Made by a program: the position numbers and the translations under genes
The notes under the pieces: generated by a model
The model's input: the letters and a program-made list of their open reading frames with translations, nothing else
What the model was told of the DNA's origin: nothing
Database searches by the model: none
Part shown: positions 33,174 to 43,070 of the stretch, in pieces
Position numbering within the stretch: the stretch's first letter is position 1
How the letters are laid out: every line of letters starts with the position of its first letter
Source of the DNA: Pachysolen tannophilus NRRL Y-2460
Lineage: Eukaryota
DNA length: 64,000 nt
Direction: 5' to 3'
NCBI GenBank assembly: GCA_001661245.1
Contig: KV454015.1
Span: 186,001-250,000, forward strand

Positions 33174-34169
33174 CTAAAAATTTTTTTTCTCTTCTTCTTC
33201 TTTGCTTTTTATTAAACTATAATTTCTTTTCATGGCATCTTCAATAAAATTTTTTCCAGTTGTTTTCGGATATTTTTTCAAAGGACCTTGTATTAAAACA
33301 TCTGTATTTGCTTGATTAAACCAAGCAATTGAATACCTATCTTGTTGTATTTCATTTGAATTTGGAATTCGTACTCTATGAAAATTTGATTTAAATTGAT
33401 CATCTGACCAAGACATTAGCATGTCACCAATATTAATCACTATATCTCCTAACTTTGCTGGAACTTTTGTCCATTTATCACCAATCCCAAATGTTGTGAA
33501 TGTTTCTCTCCCGGGACAAACTTCGAGACCATTATACCCAGGTTCTACATCAGAAATTGAAGTTGATTCTTGGAATAATAAAGTTAGCACATCAAAATCA
33601 GTATGAGCACCAGCTCTCCATAGATTAGACTTATCATTATCATCACCATCGTCATGTTTAAAATAATGAAGAAGCCTTAATGTTGATTGAGCAGTATCTT
33701 TTGTAATGTCATGTCTTTCAGTAAAAAAATTTGAAGGAAATTTTAATTCTTCCAGGAAAATTCTTAAAAGTTTCATACTCAATTCTTGACATTGTTCAAT
33801 AAACAGTGCAACTTTTATACTCCAATCAGGCTGAAGATTATCATTTAAAGGCCAATTTTCATTTTGTCTATGTAATTGTAATTGAATACTTTCCTTTTGA
33901 TCAACAGTTAAAGTACTTGGTCTAAGTTGAGAAAAATATTCATAACCTGTATTTTTTAATTTAATAAAAGGAATATCTTGCTTATTTTTTAAAGGTAAAT
34001 CAAAAAATTTTTTACTATATTCAAACATATCAGAAATTGTTTCCAATGAAGGTGAATCCTGGTTGTAAATCATGAAAAACCCTGCATTCTTAGCTGCATC
34101 TATAATTTCGATTTTTATTTTTTCATAATTTTCATCAAAATTCGACAAGTCAATTCTTGGAATAGACAT
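33174..34169 (-). CDS. 2-oxoglutarate/Fe(II)-dependent dioxygenase (IPNS/DIOX_N-like), substrate unknown
   Basis: IPRIDLS...GFF, LRLLHY, AGAHTDFD (HxD), FHRV (distal His) and RYS (2OG-binding RxS); ATG at 34169. Confidence 0.88.
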   Translation of the reverse strand: MSIPRIDLSNFDENYEKIKIEIIDAAKNAGFFMIYNQDSPSLETISDMFEYSKKFFDLPLKNKQDIPFIKLKNTGYEYFSQLRPSTLTVDQKESIQLQLHRQNENWPLNDNLQPDWSIKVALFIEQCQELSMKLLRIFLEELKFPSNFFTERHDITKDTAQSTLRLLHYFKHDDGDDNDKSNLWRAGAHTDFDVLTLLFQESTSISDVEPGYNGLEVCPGRETFTTFGIGDKWTKVPAKLGDIVINIGDMLMSWSDDQFKSNFHRVRIPNSNEIQQDRYSIAWFNQANTDVLIQGPLKKYPKTTGKNFIEDAMKRNYSLIKSKEEEEKKNF

Positions 34170-34404
34170 AATATCTACCGAATTAAATATTTGCAATCAA
34201 GGGATGCTTGTCAAAAAAAAAAAAAAAAAAAAAAAAAAATGTCAATCATTAGATTTCTATCTTCATCAATGTCAAAGATGTCTTATAAATATGTATTTTC
34301 AGGTTTGTCCTATCTCGCATAATCGAGGTGCGGCGCCGTCTCTGTCAACTTCGGACTTCACCATAAAACCATAAAACTATGAAACCATATATATATAGTA
34401 ACAG

Positions 34405-35361
34405 TTAATTGCTATTACTCGGAACCGTAGATATATTGTTTTTCTTGACTTTGAACACATTTCCCTTTCTTGGTTTCAATTTTGGATTTTTAAGATTTTT
34501 AGCACCAAGGTTAAAGTGAGTATTAGCTTCTTTACTTTCCTTGGTTTCTTTACAACCCTGATCTCCATCAGCATCAATAGGTTTAACAGGGTTAACCATC
34601 ACTCCACATTTATTTATTTTCTTAGAATATACATTATAATTTATTTCATGTTCTTGCAGGGGCACTTTATTTTTACCAATGGAAATTTTTATTGGTTGAA
34701 ATGGTTCAGTAGACAGTTTTAATGATTTTATTGATTCTGAAACAGAACCATCATCTTGATTAATTTCTCTATTTTTCTTAATTTGGTCATTTATGTATTT
34801 AAGCGATATTTCTTCATCATTTTTAACTTTCTTTTCCTGACTCAATAAAGCATCTTTAAATGTATCAATATATCTAATATATAAGCCTTGTGGAACTTCA
34901 GGCTGAAGAGCTTTCAGTTCATCCAGTTCATCCAGTTCTTCCATATCTTCACCATTATTTATAACATTGTCATCATTGATGATTTGTATAATATTTTGTT
35001 GAGCACAATACAATATAAAACTCGTTAAAGATTTCCACTTTGTTGCATTAAGATGTACATGTTCTCTATCCATTATAAATTCTTGATAAAACCTATTTGC
35101 CTCGATTTTCTTAGAACCATGATTCAACTTCAACAACTTGATGAAGCACCTTAAAAACTCTGCTGAAAACTCGTCTACAGTATTCTTGGATAACGATTGA
35201 ATCTTATTATGATGAGATTCAGACATTATGTGACACTTAAATCCGTTTTCATCTCTACACTGTTTTTGACAAGTTTGACAATAAAATTTTAATTTCTGTA
35301 AGCCCTTGGCCTTTAATTTATTTGAAAGATATTTGGCTGATCCTATCTCTGCTTTCCCCAT
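34405..35361 (-). CDS. RTS2: Kin17-like zinc-finger protein Rts2
   Basis: MGKAE...KAKGLQKLKFYCQTCQKQCRDENGFKCHIMSESH; HVHLNATKWKSLTSF. Confidence 0.93.
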   Translation of the reverse strand: MGKAEIGSAKYLSNKLKAKGLQKLKFYCQTCQKQCRDENGFKCHIMSESHHNKIQSLSKNTVDEFSAEFLRCFIKLLKLNHGSKKIEANRFYQEFIMDREHVHLNATKWKSLTSFILYCAQQNIIQIINDDNVINNGEDMEELDELDELKALQPEVPQGLYIRYIDTFKDALLSQEKKVKNDEEISLKYINDQIKKNREINQDDGSVSESIKSLKLSTEPFQPIKISIGKNKVPLQEHEINYNVYSKKINKCGVMVNPVKPIDADGDQGCKETKESKEANTHFNLGAKNLKNPKLKPRKGNVFKVKKNNISTVPSNSN

Positions 35362-35559
35362 ACCACACCAGTTACTTTAGCGATATCTTTATATCAATAT
35401 TTAAAATAAAATATAATTTAAAATTAAATTCGGTTTTTCTTCTTTTTGCCTTTTAAAATTTTTTTTCTTTTTTTTATACATTTTTACAATTTTTTTTATT
35501 TTTGCTTTTTTGTGTTTGCAATTGAAATTAAATATCAAAAACCAAAACGATTGTTGGAG

Positions 35560-36669
35560 ATGTTTCGAGGGGTATTTGATAAGAGTGTGAGGAGTGGTTT
35601 CCGGTTGAGTGGTTCCAGGTATTCCGGAGGGTATTTTGGAAGGTATTCTGGAGGATATGCCAGAGGGTATACCAAAGGGTATGCTACATACAAGAGGTTT
35701 AATAACCATGTAACAAGAGATTATCTGTTTTTGAGCAATCCAAATACCGCTAAATATATTGGTATTGTTGTTATATTTTCAGGTGGGTTTTATTTAACAC
35801 ATTTAGATGAAGCTCCGGTGAGTGGTAGGAAAAGGTTTATTTGTGTATCCGAATCAATTGAGAAGAGAATTGGACAATATACGTATAATCAAATAATGTC
35901 ACAATATCGTCGTCAACTTTTACCTTCCAATCACCCTACAACGTTAAAAGTCAAGAGAATCATGGAAAGAATCATTAGTGCCAGTGGAACTGAGGAAGAT
36001 CCATTAGTTAACTGGGAAATCCATGTAATTAATTCTAATGATTCACCAAATGCATTTGTTATACCTGGAGGTAAAGTGTTTGTATTTTCTTCTTTATTAC
36101 CAATTGCCAAGAATGACGATGGACTTGCCACTATCCTTGCACATGAATTTTCACATCAATTGGCTCGGCATTCAGCAGAAAATTTATCCAAACTGCCAAT
36201 TTATTCATTATTGAGTTTAGTTTTATATACCATAACGGGTTCTGATACTTTGAATAATTTGTTAATTCGAAGTGTTATTGCAATGCCTGCATCGAGAGAA
36301 ATGGAAACAGAGGCAGATTATATTGGATTAATGATTATGTCCCAACTGTGTTTTGATCCTCATGAAGCTCCAAAAGTTTGGCAAAGGTTTAGTGATTATG
36401 AATCCAAGACGGGAAACAGAGTTCCTGAATTCTTAAGTACTCACCCAGCAACAAAGAGAAGATTGGAAAATATGAATAAATGGTTGCCAGAAGCAAACAT
36501 GAAGAGAGAGGCAAGCAATTGTGGTGCTTATGGTGCTTATGGTGCTTCGTTTAATCTGTTTTTCAATGATTTAAGCCTCCAGGGCAGTAGTAGGGGCGGC
36601 GGCGGCTTCGGTGCCCCTGCCGCCACCACCACCCACCGCCCCGACAATTCTGATTCAGATTTTTGGTGA
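35560..36669 (+). CDS. OMA1: Mitochondrial M48 metalloprotease Oma1
   Basis: PNAFVIPGGKVFV, HEFSH, METEADYIG and EFLSTHP motifs; ATG at 35560 with an R/G/Y-rich presequence. Confidence 0.95.
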   Translation: MFRGVFDKSVRSGFRLSGSRYSGGYFGRYSGGYARGYTKGYATYKRFNNHVTRDYLFLSNPNTAKYIGIVVIFSGGFYLTHLDEAPVSGRKRFICVSESIEKRIGQYTYNQIMSQYRRQLLPSNHPTTLKVKRIMERIISASGTEEDPLVNWEIHVINSNDSPNAFVIPGGKVFVFSSLLPIAKNDDGLATILAHEFSHQLARHSAENLSKLPIYSLLSLVLYTITGSDTLNNLLIRSVIAMPASREMETEADYIGLMIMSQLCFDPHEAPKVWQRFSDYESKTGNRVPEFLSTHPATKRRLENMNKWLPEANMKREASNCGAYGAYGASFNLFFNDLSLQGSSRGGGGFGAPAATTTHRPDNSDSDFW

Positions 36670-37054
36670 GAAAACACAATGAAAAAAAATTAAAAAAAAA
36701 AAAAAAAAAAACGAGCCACATTCTACTCCTACTTTCTACTTTTGTATCTGCCCGCTTCTGTATCTGCCCACGGCCGCTGGCCGCCCTTGCCGCCGCCCAC
36801 TTCTCACTTCCACTACTACTACTACTACTGCCGCTGCTTTTTCTTTTTCTTTCTGCCCGCCTGCCGCCTTTGAAACATAGCCACTACCTGTAAAAAATAC
36901 ACGCAACCGCCCCTGAAACGTCACTAATTTTTTATTTTTTTTAATTTTGTTTGTTTGTTTGTCATTCCCAGATTTTGGGGCTGGCGCTAATTCTGACGCT
37001 GTTGAAGCTAAAAAAAGAAGTTAAGATCTCATAGTAATATTACTACTATTATTA

Positions 37055-37089
<35 letters not shown>

Positions 37090-37693
37090 TATTTATTTTA
37101 TAATTCTTTAATACTTTAATCATTATATTTTTTTTTTTAAATCGGATCCATTCAAAATCATCCTAGATCTTATATTATCAAATATAGATTTAAATATATC
37201 TATATATATATTTATATATATATATATATTGATTGATTTTTTATTTGTTCTTTGTTTTGGTTGTATTACTTGATCTTTTCTTTTTTTTCTTGATTTTTGA
37301 TTTTTTTTCATTTTTTCTCTTTTTTTTTTAGGTCGTTGAATGGCCCATAAAGTAAAGAACAATTTTAAAAATAACCCAAATTAGAAGTAAAATCATACGG
37401 AAAACTATAATCAATAAATAAGTCAATAATAATTAGCCATAGATCATAGATAATTATTAAAATAAGTTATCATTAGTGTTTTTTTTTAGATGATTGAGAT
37501 CGTATATGTATAAAGATATAGAAGGAAAGAAATAACGAAAAAAAAATTTTTTCTTTTTTTTTTTTTTTTTTTAGATCTCATACTTGCACTCGTTGAATAT
37601 TAGTACCATCATAACTATTTGACTTTATTATTTCGTTCGTCTTAGATATATATATATATATATATATATATCTTCAATATTTATTAATTCATT

Positions 37694-39424
37694 ATGGGGT
37701 TCAATAGTACTGGATTGGCCGTTGGTTTGGCTATCGGGATACCCTCGGTAGTTATCATAACTATTTCATTGATTTTCCTGTATAGGTCCGGGAGAAAATT
37801 TAAGCGTGAAGGTAGGGAAGAAGGTATAGAAAATAGTAAAGATTTCGAGTTGGATGAGATTTCATTTAATAATGGTGAAGATTATCCTGGATATTCAAAA
37901 AAGATGAATGAATTTGTTAGATCGAGTACTACTGGAAGTACAAGCAGCAGTCCTGTTGGATCAGGTTCTGGATCTGGTACAAAATCCGACTCTGGTTCGG
38001 TTTCAGCACCTGCATCTTCGGTTCGGCCTCCAGTGGCGCCCTTAAATGGTTCTTCAGATCAGTTGGGACGTGTTAACAATTATACGGTTGCTAAAAAGAG
38101 AATGAATTCCGATATATCGTTAGTAAAGACTATTGATCATCATAGCAATAGATCTTCCGATGATGCTCAAAATAAGAGATCGATGAGTAGTAATCTGACT
38201 GATACAAACTCTCGTCCAAATTCTAATACACATACCAATCATCAGCACCAACATCTGAATCAACATCAGCAGTTCCCTCCACATTCTCAATCACATTCAC
38301 ATTCACAATCTTATCAAAATTTGAAAAATCCAATTAATAGATCAAATTCACAATCTTTACTGGATTATTACGATTCAGTTATACCTGTGCTACCACCAAG
38401 TGCCCTGTCTCATTCTCATTCAGCAAGTCACAATAGTAATTTGAATAATAATAATCAACTGAATGGAAGTAACAGTGGTATAAATAGCTCAGGACAAATT
38501 GGGTCTGGAAATCTGTCTTTATCATCTCCAGTGATTGCTAATCTGGGTTCCATAACAGATGAATCGAATTCTAGTTCTTATAATTTTTTGTCAAGATTCA
38601 GACCAAAACATGATAAATTACACAAGACACATCGTATTGTTAAACCTCAAATCATATCTGAACCAGAAATACCGGATAATGAAAGTGTTAGCTCGTCGCA
38701 AAACGAATATATTAAACTGTTGAATAAAAATGATTCATCTTCATTCCCACTCACAACACATACAAGAGCTAATGCATCAGCTCATGCACTTAACCTGTTT
38801 AATAATATCCCAAGTTATACATCAAGATCAAATAGTAATTCACCATTGAATGGATCAAACGGATCAAATGGATCAAATCCAGCTCTTATAAATGGCAGCA
38901 ATAATAATCTTCAAAATAAAATTTATAATAAAAATGGTTCTCATAGATCTTCTGATCAAGGTATAGAAACTAGAAATTCAATACCTGTAAGTAGTACAAA
39001 TGGTTCCATTTCAACAAGTAATGATAGTAGCAAATTGAGAAGATCAGGGACTAGTCGCAATATGTTAAATGATATACTTCAAAAAGAAGATGATATTTCT
39101 TCGCAAAAAAATAATACAATAACATCAGAAAATGTACCAGTTGCCAAAACAAAATTTGAAGAACCTATAGCTGTTCCTTCTCTGCCATTAACTCCACAAG
39201 AATCTCCATTTAAAGATTCAATGAAAATGCCACCTAGAGTTTCTCAATATATCAATAACGATTCATTTTCATCTTTACCATCAAGCGTTGGAAATAGAGG
39301 AACTCCAGAATTGGAGAACGTTATTAGTAATAGTGGAAGTAAAGGTATAATTGTTGATGAAGGATATACAAATTATGATAATAACAAAAAAAAATTTTTG
39401 AAGAGCGTAAGACCTCAATTTTAA
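37694..39424 (+). CDS. Skg1/Aim20-like single-pass plasma-membrane protein with an S/N-rich tail
   Basis: N-terminal LAVGLAIGIP-hydrophobic helix followed by RKFKRE; disordered remainder. Confidence 0.6.
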   Translation: MGFNSTGLAVGLAIGIPSVVIITISLIFLYRSGRKFKREGREEGIENSKDFELDEISFNNGEDYPGYSKKMNEFVRSSTTGSTSSSPVGSGSGSGTKSDSGSVSAPASSVRPPVAPLNGSSDQLGRVNNYTVAKKRMNSDISLVKTIDHHSNRSSDDAQNKRSMSSNLTDTNSRPNSNTHTNHQHQHLNQHQQFPPHSQSHSHSQSYQNLKNPINRSNSQSLLDYYDSVIPVLPPSALSHSHSASHNSNLNNNNQLNGSNSGINSSGQIGSGNLSLSSPVIANLGSITDESNSSSYNFLSRFRPKHDKLHKTHRIVKPQIISEPEIPDNESVSSSQNEYIKLLNKNDSSSFPLTTHTRANASAHALNLFNNIPSYTSRSNSNSPLNGSNGSNGSNPALINGSNNNLQNKIYNKNGSHRSSDQGIETRNSIPVSSTNGSISTSNDSSKLRRSGTSRNMLNDILQKEDDISSQKNNTITSENVPVAKTKFEEPIAVPSLPLTPQESPFKDSMKMPPRVSQYINNDSFSSLPSSVGNRGTPELENVISNSGSKGIIVDEGYTNYDNNKKKFLKSVRPQF

Positions 39425-39969
39425 GGGAATAATTTGGATGGATCTTGAAGGTATTTTTACAAGGTAAAAAAGTTTTACTGTATCATTATGAATGGAATAT
39501 ATCCATAAATTTTTTTGTGGGCCCAATCTTTTTTTCTTTTTTTTTTATTATTATTATTATCATTTTTCATTTTTCATTTTCATTTTTCTTTCAAGAAGTA
39601 TAAACAAACTACACTTTTTCTTTCTCTTATTACATTTTCTTGTCTTTAGAATTACTTAGAATTTCATTTCATTGATTCATTTTTTATTTTCTTTCCCTTG
39701 ATATTGAACATTTTCTCCTTGCCCTTTTTTTATTTTTTATTTTTTTATATTTTATCTTTATTTTGATTTTATTTATTTCATACTTTTTTTTTATTTTAAA
39801 TTGTCTTCCAAGTGAACGGAGTTGCCTCTTTTAAATTTTATATTTTAAATAATTATAGTATTAACTTCATGTAGGTAGGTATATACAAGTGAGAATGAAT
39901 AGAAGAACTCTTCAATTAGAAACAAAACACACACCTCTAAGAAAGAAAGAAAGAAAAAGAATAATAATA

Positions 39970-40572
39970 TTATAAAGCAAACTCAACACTATTGTCTTCC
40001 AATAAATTAATTATTTTATCTTCGCCATCAACCAATAATGACCATTGTACAATTTGAAATAAATGACTTCTACTACTTCTATTTGCTTTTAAAATCATTA
40101 ATCCAGAATTTTTATTACCTTTAACACGAACTGAAATATCAACAACACCACTTACAGTATTTAACTCACCTTTAACCCATGGAATCAAATCAGCATAACT
40201 AATTTCTTTTCCCAAAAGTTCTCTAGCAACTTGAGATCTACGTAAAAAATACATTGTAGCATTCATCACTGGTGAAGACATTTTTTCATAATTAAATATT
40301 CCAAAAAGTGAAATGGCCATCAGCACCACAAATCCTAAAAAATATATTCTTTGTTGACCCTTTTGACGAAGTGGATCCGGAAGCTCATGATTAGTGGTCA
40401 TTGGCCTTTTCCCAGAAACTGTCTCAATAAGCTCATCAGGTTGATGTTCACTATGTAAAAATCTCCTAGTCAAAATTAACCTTGATGACGGCCTCGTAAT
40501 TAAAACCGAAAATGGAAAACCGAAATTTTTTTTAACACAGCTATTAACACCTAATCTTGCAGACAAAAACAT
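39970..40572 (-). CDS. COA1: Cytochrome c oxidase assembly factor Coa1
   Basis: ELPDP, IFNYEK.SSP....MYFLRRS and IPWVKGELN motifs. Confidence 0.9.
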   Translation of the reverse strand: MFLSARLGVNSCVKKNFGFPFSVLITRPSSRLILTRRFLHSEHQPDELIETVSGKRPMTTNHELPDPLRQKGQQRIYFLGFVVLMAISLFGIFNYEKMSSPVMNATMYFLRRSQVARELLGKEISYADLIPWVKGELNTVSGVVDISVRVKGNKNSGLMILKANRSSRSHLFQIVQWSLLVDGEDKIINLLEDNSVEFAL

Positions 40573-40877
40573 CTTATCTCAACAATAACGAAAACTAGAA
40601 ATATCCCTATTGATATCTTTAAGGAAAAAAAGTATTCTCTTTTATTAATATCCTCCTCGTCGTCGTCGTTAAACTCTTCGTCCAATTTAAAAAATTCAAA
40701 ATGAACCAAAAAAAAACCAAACGGTCGTGTGTTAACAGCCATAAGCTGAAAATGGGTCATAAGATGAGCCAAAAAATTTCTTGAGGTCAAATTGATAAAA
40801 GTTATCTTAAAGTAAGTAATTGGTATTGAGTTTTGTTTAATTGAGAAATTATATAATCTTCAATCAGTCTCTTGATC

Positions 40878-42932
40878 ATGGCGACTGTTTTTGGGGCTGC
40901 TTTGGTGAAGGATAAGTCTGGGATGTTAACTATTCATGAGGAATATTCACCTCCAAAATTGGTATGGAAGTCGATTGATAGTTCTATAAATGTACCTATT
41001 ATTGAGATACCATTGGATCGTATAACTAATTTACAAGCGACTAAACCTTCATCAGCCAAGATGATGTTAAATGTGATAACTAAGGAGAATGAGACTGCTG
41101 CTCCAAAGAAAAATGTGTTTGCGTTTACGCATAGACCGACAATGGATAATATTAAAGGAGCGTTACAACAGATTGTTGCTAGAAAGAAAACTTCGATCCA
41201 GGCGGCTCAACAGAGTATAAGTGAGGGAGGAAGTAATACACTGACGCCCTCTGGGCTGCCAGGTACACCTCAGCTGCAGTTGCAGCAGCAGCAACTGCAA
41301 CAACAACAGCAACAGCAGATTGTTGTTGATGATGAGTTTTTATCGAATTTATTGGATTCAAAAAGGTTGTTGAAAAATCATCTGTTACAACAAAAAGTTT
41401 TAATTGAAAATAAACAATTGATGTCAACTTTCCAAGAAGCTGTGATGAATAATGGGTTGGACCCTACAGAGTTTTGGAATACAAGAATTCATTTATTGAG
41501 ATCGTATGCCATACAACATAATCAAAGGAAAGGACCTTATAATGTTTTAAGTACAATTAAACCTGTTGCATCTTCGGATAATCAAGTTGATGTTTCAGTA
41601 ACAAGAGAAAAAATACATGCAATATTTGAACAATATCCCATAGTGAGGAAAGCTTATGATGATAATGTTCCTAAATTGAGTGAAGGTGATTTTTGGTCGA
41701 GATTTTTTAGTTCAAAACTATTTAGAAAATTAAGAGGTGAAAAAAATTATAATAAAGTTAGAGGTGATATTATATTGGATAAATATTTGTATTATGATCC
41801 AGATTTTACAGATGATATACAAGGAGATGAGGATGAGATTGGGAAAAATAAAAAACAGAAAACAAATGAACATATTGATAAGTTTATCGATGTATTTGCG
41901 AATGAAGAAGATGTTTCTGCAAAATATGGTAATGCACCAGATATGACTATGAGGTACGATAAAGATCAAGATATGGTTTCCATATTAAGAGATATGAATA
42001 GATTATCTAAAAATATGCTTTCTAATGCAACTAAAGATAAGGATGAAACACTTGAAGAAGAAGAACATGAAAAAGAAGATCAATTGGCATTTTCAGATTT
42101 AGAGGAAAAAGAAACAACTGAATATAATGAACTAAAAGTTAATTCAAATTTAAATATAGCAGCTAATTTACTCGAAAAAAATGGACTGAAAATTGATAAA
42201 TTACAATATTCAAAATTCATATCAAATATGAAATCATATTTTGATGAAGAATTAGATTTACTGGAAACATATGAATCAGAAGAAAGTAAAAAACAAATTC
42301 TTGAAGCATCAAAGGAAATCTCAGCAGCTGTTAAACTAAATTCTAAACAATCGAGACAAAGTTGGCAAATTTCAAAGTTACAAGGATTGGACAGTATGCA
42401 AATGTTATCTTCTTCCGCTTCTTCTGCTTCTTCATCAACAAATATAACAGCAGCTAATAATAGCGGTAACAATGGCGCTTTTCCAACACCAAATAGCCCT
42501 CCGATTCCAAACCTGTCTTCTGGATCACAACAGGATGAGATCATTCCTGATTTTCCAGTTCCATTATTGGAAAATTTAAGACTAACCCATTCCACATCGA
42601 TTGAATTCTTGCGTCATTTTTGGTTACACTTTAGCAGTGGCTCGAAGCATCAAGTGGGTACGTTACAAAAACTATATAATTCATTGCAAAAATCACATCA
42701 GAGGGTAGATGCAATATTGAAACAGATTGAAGATAATCCGAAGCTTTGTATGAAGGCAAAAGAAGTTATGGGGCCATTAATCAACAGTTTGGATAAGGCT
42801 ATTCAAAAATATGAAGCTGAACTATATAAGCAAGCTAATAACGACAATACTCCTAATAATGGCTTGACACATAAATCGGAGAATAATAATAGTAGTAGTT
42901 TGAATACTTCTTTTGTTAAAACTACAACTTGA
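40878..42932 (+). CDS. TFB1: TFIIH subunit Tfb1 (p62)
   Basis: PH-like N-terminus (ITNLQAT..S.KMML); BSD domains (EFWNTR, KGPYNVLSTIKP, DFWSRFFSSKLFRKLRGE); EFLRHFW. Confidence 0.93.
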   Translation: MATVFGAALVKDKSGMLTIHEEYSPPKLVWKSIDSSINVPIIEIPLDRITNLQATKPSSAKMMLNVITKENETAAPKKNVFAFTHRPTMDNIKGALQQIVARKKTSIQAAQQSISEGGSNTLTPSGLPGTPQLQLQQQQLQQQQQQQIVVDDEFLSNLLDSKRLLKNHLLQQKVLIENKQLMSTFQEAVMNNGLDPTEFWNTRIHLLRSYAIQHNQRKGPYNVLSTIKPVASSDNQVDVSVTREKIHAIFEQYPIVRKAYDDNVPKLSEGDFWSRFFSSKLFRKLRGEKNYNKVRGDIILDKYLYYDPDFTDDIQGDEDEIGKNKKQKTNEHIDKFIDVFANEEDVSAKYGNAPDMTMRYDKDQDMVSILRDMNRLSKNMLSNATKDKDETLEEEEHEKEDQLAFSDLEEKETTEYNELKVNSNLNIAANLLEKNGLKIDKLQYSKFISNMKSYFDEELDLLETYESEESKKQILEASKEISAAVKLNSKQSRQSWQISKLQGLDSMQMLSSSASSASSSTNITAANNSGNNGAFPTPNSPPIPNLSSGSQQDEIIPDFPVPLLENLRLTHSTSIEFLRHFWLHFSSGSKHQVGTLQKLYNSLQKSHQRVDAILKQIEDNPKLCMKAKEVMGPLINSLDKAIQKYEAELYKQANNDNTPNNGLTHKSENNNSSSLNTSFVKTTT

Positions 42933-43070
42933 AATCCCATCCTTCCTCTTTTCTTTTTTTTTCAAATGCTTATTTGCTTCTTGCTTTTTTTTTTTTATTT
43001 TTGTATAAACTATTTTAAAAAACATAATGAAAAACACTATATAAAATCATCAAAGTAATACATCTATATA

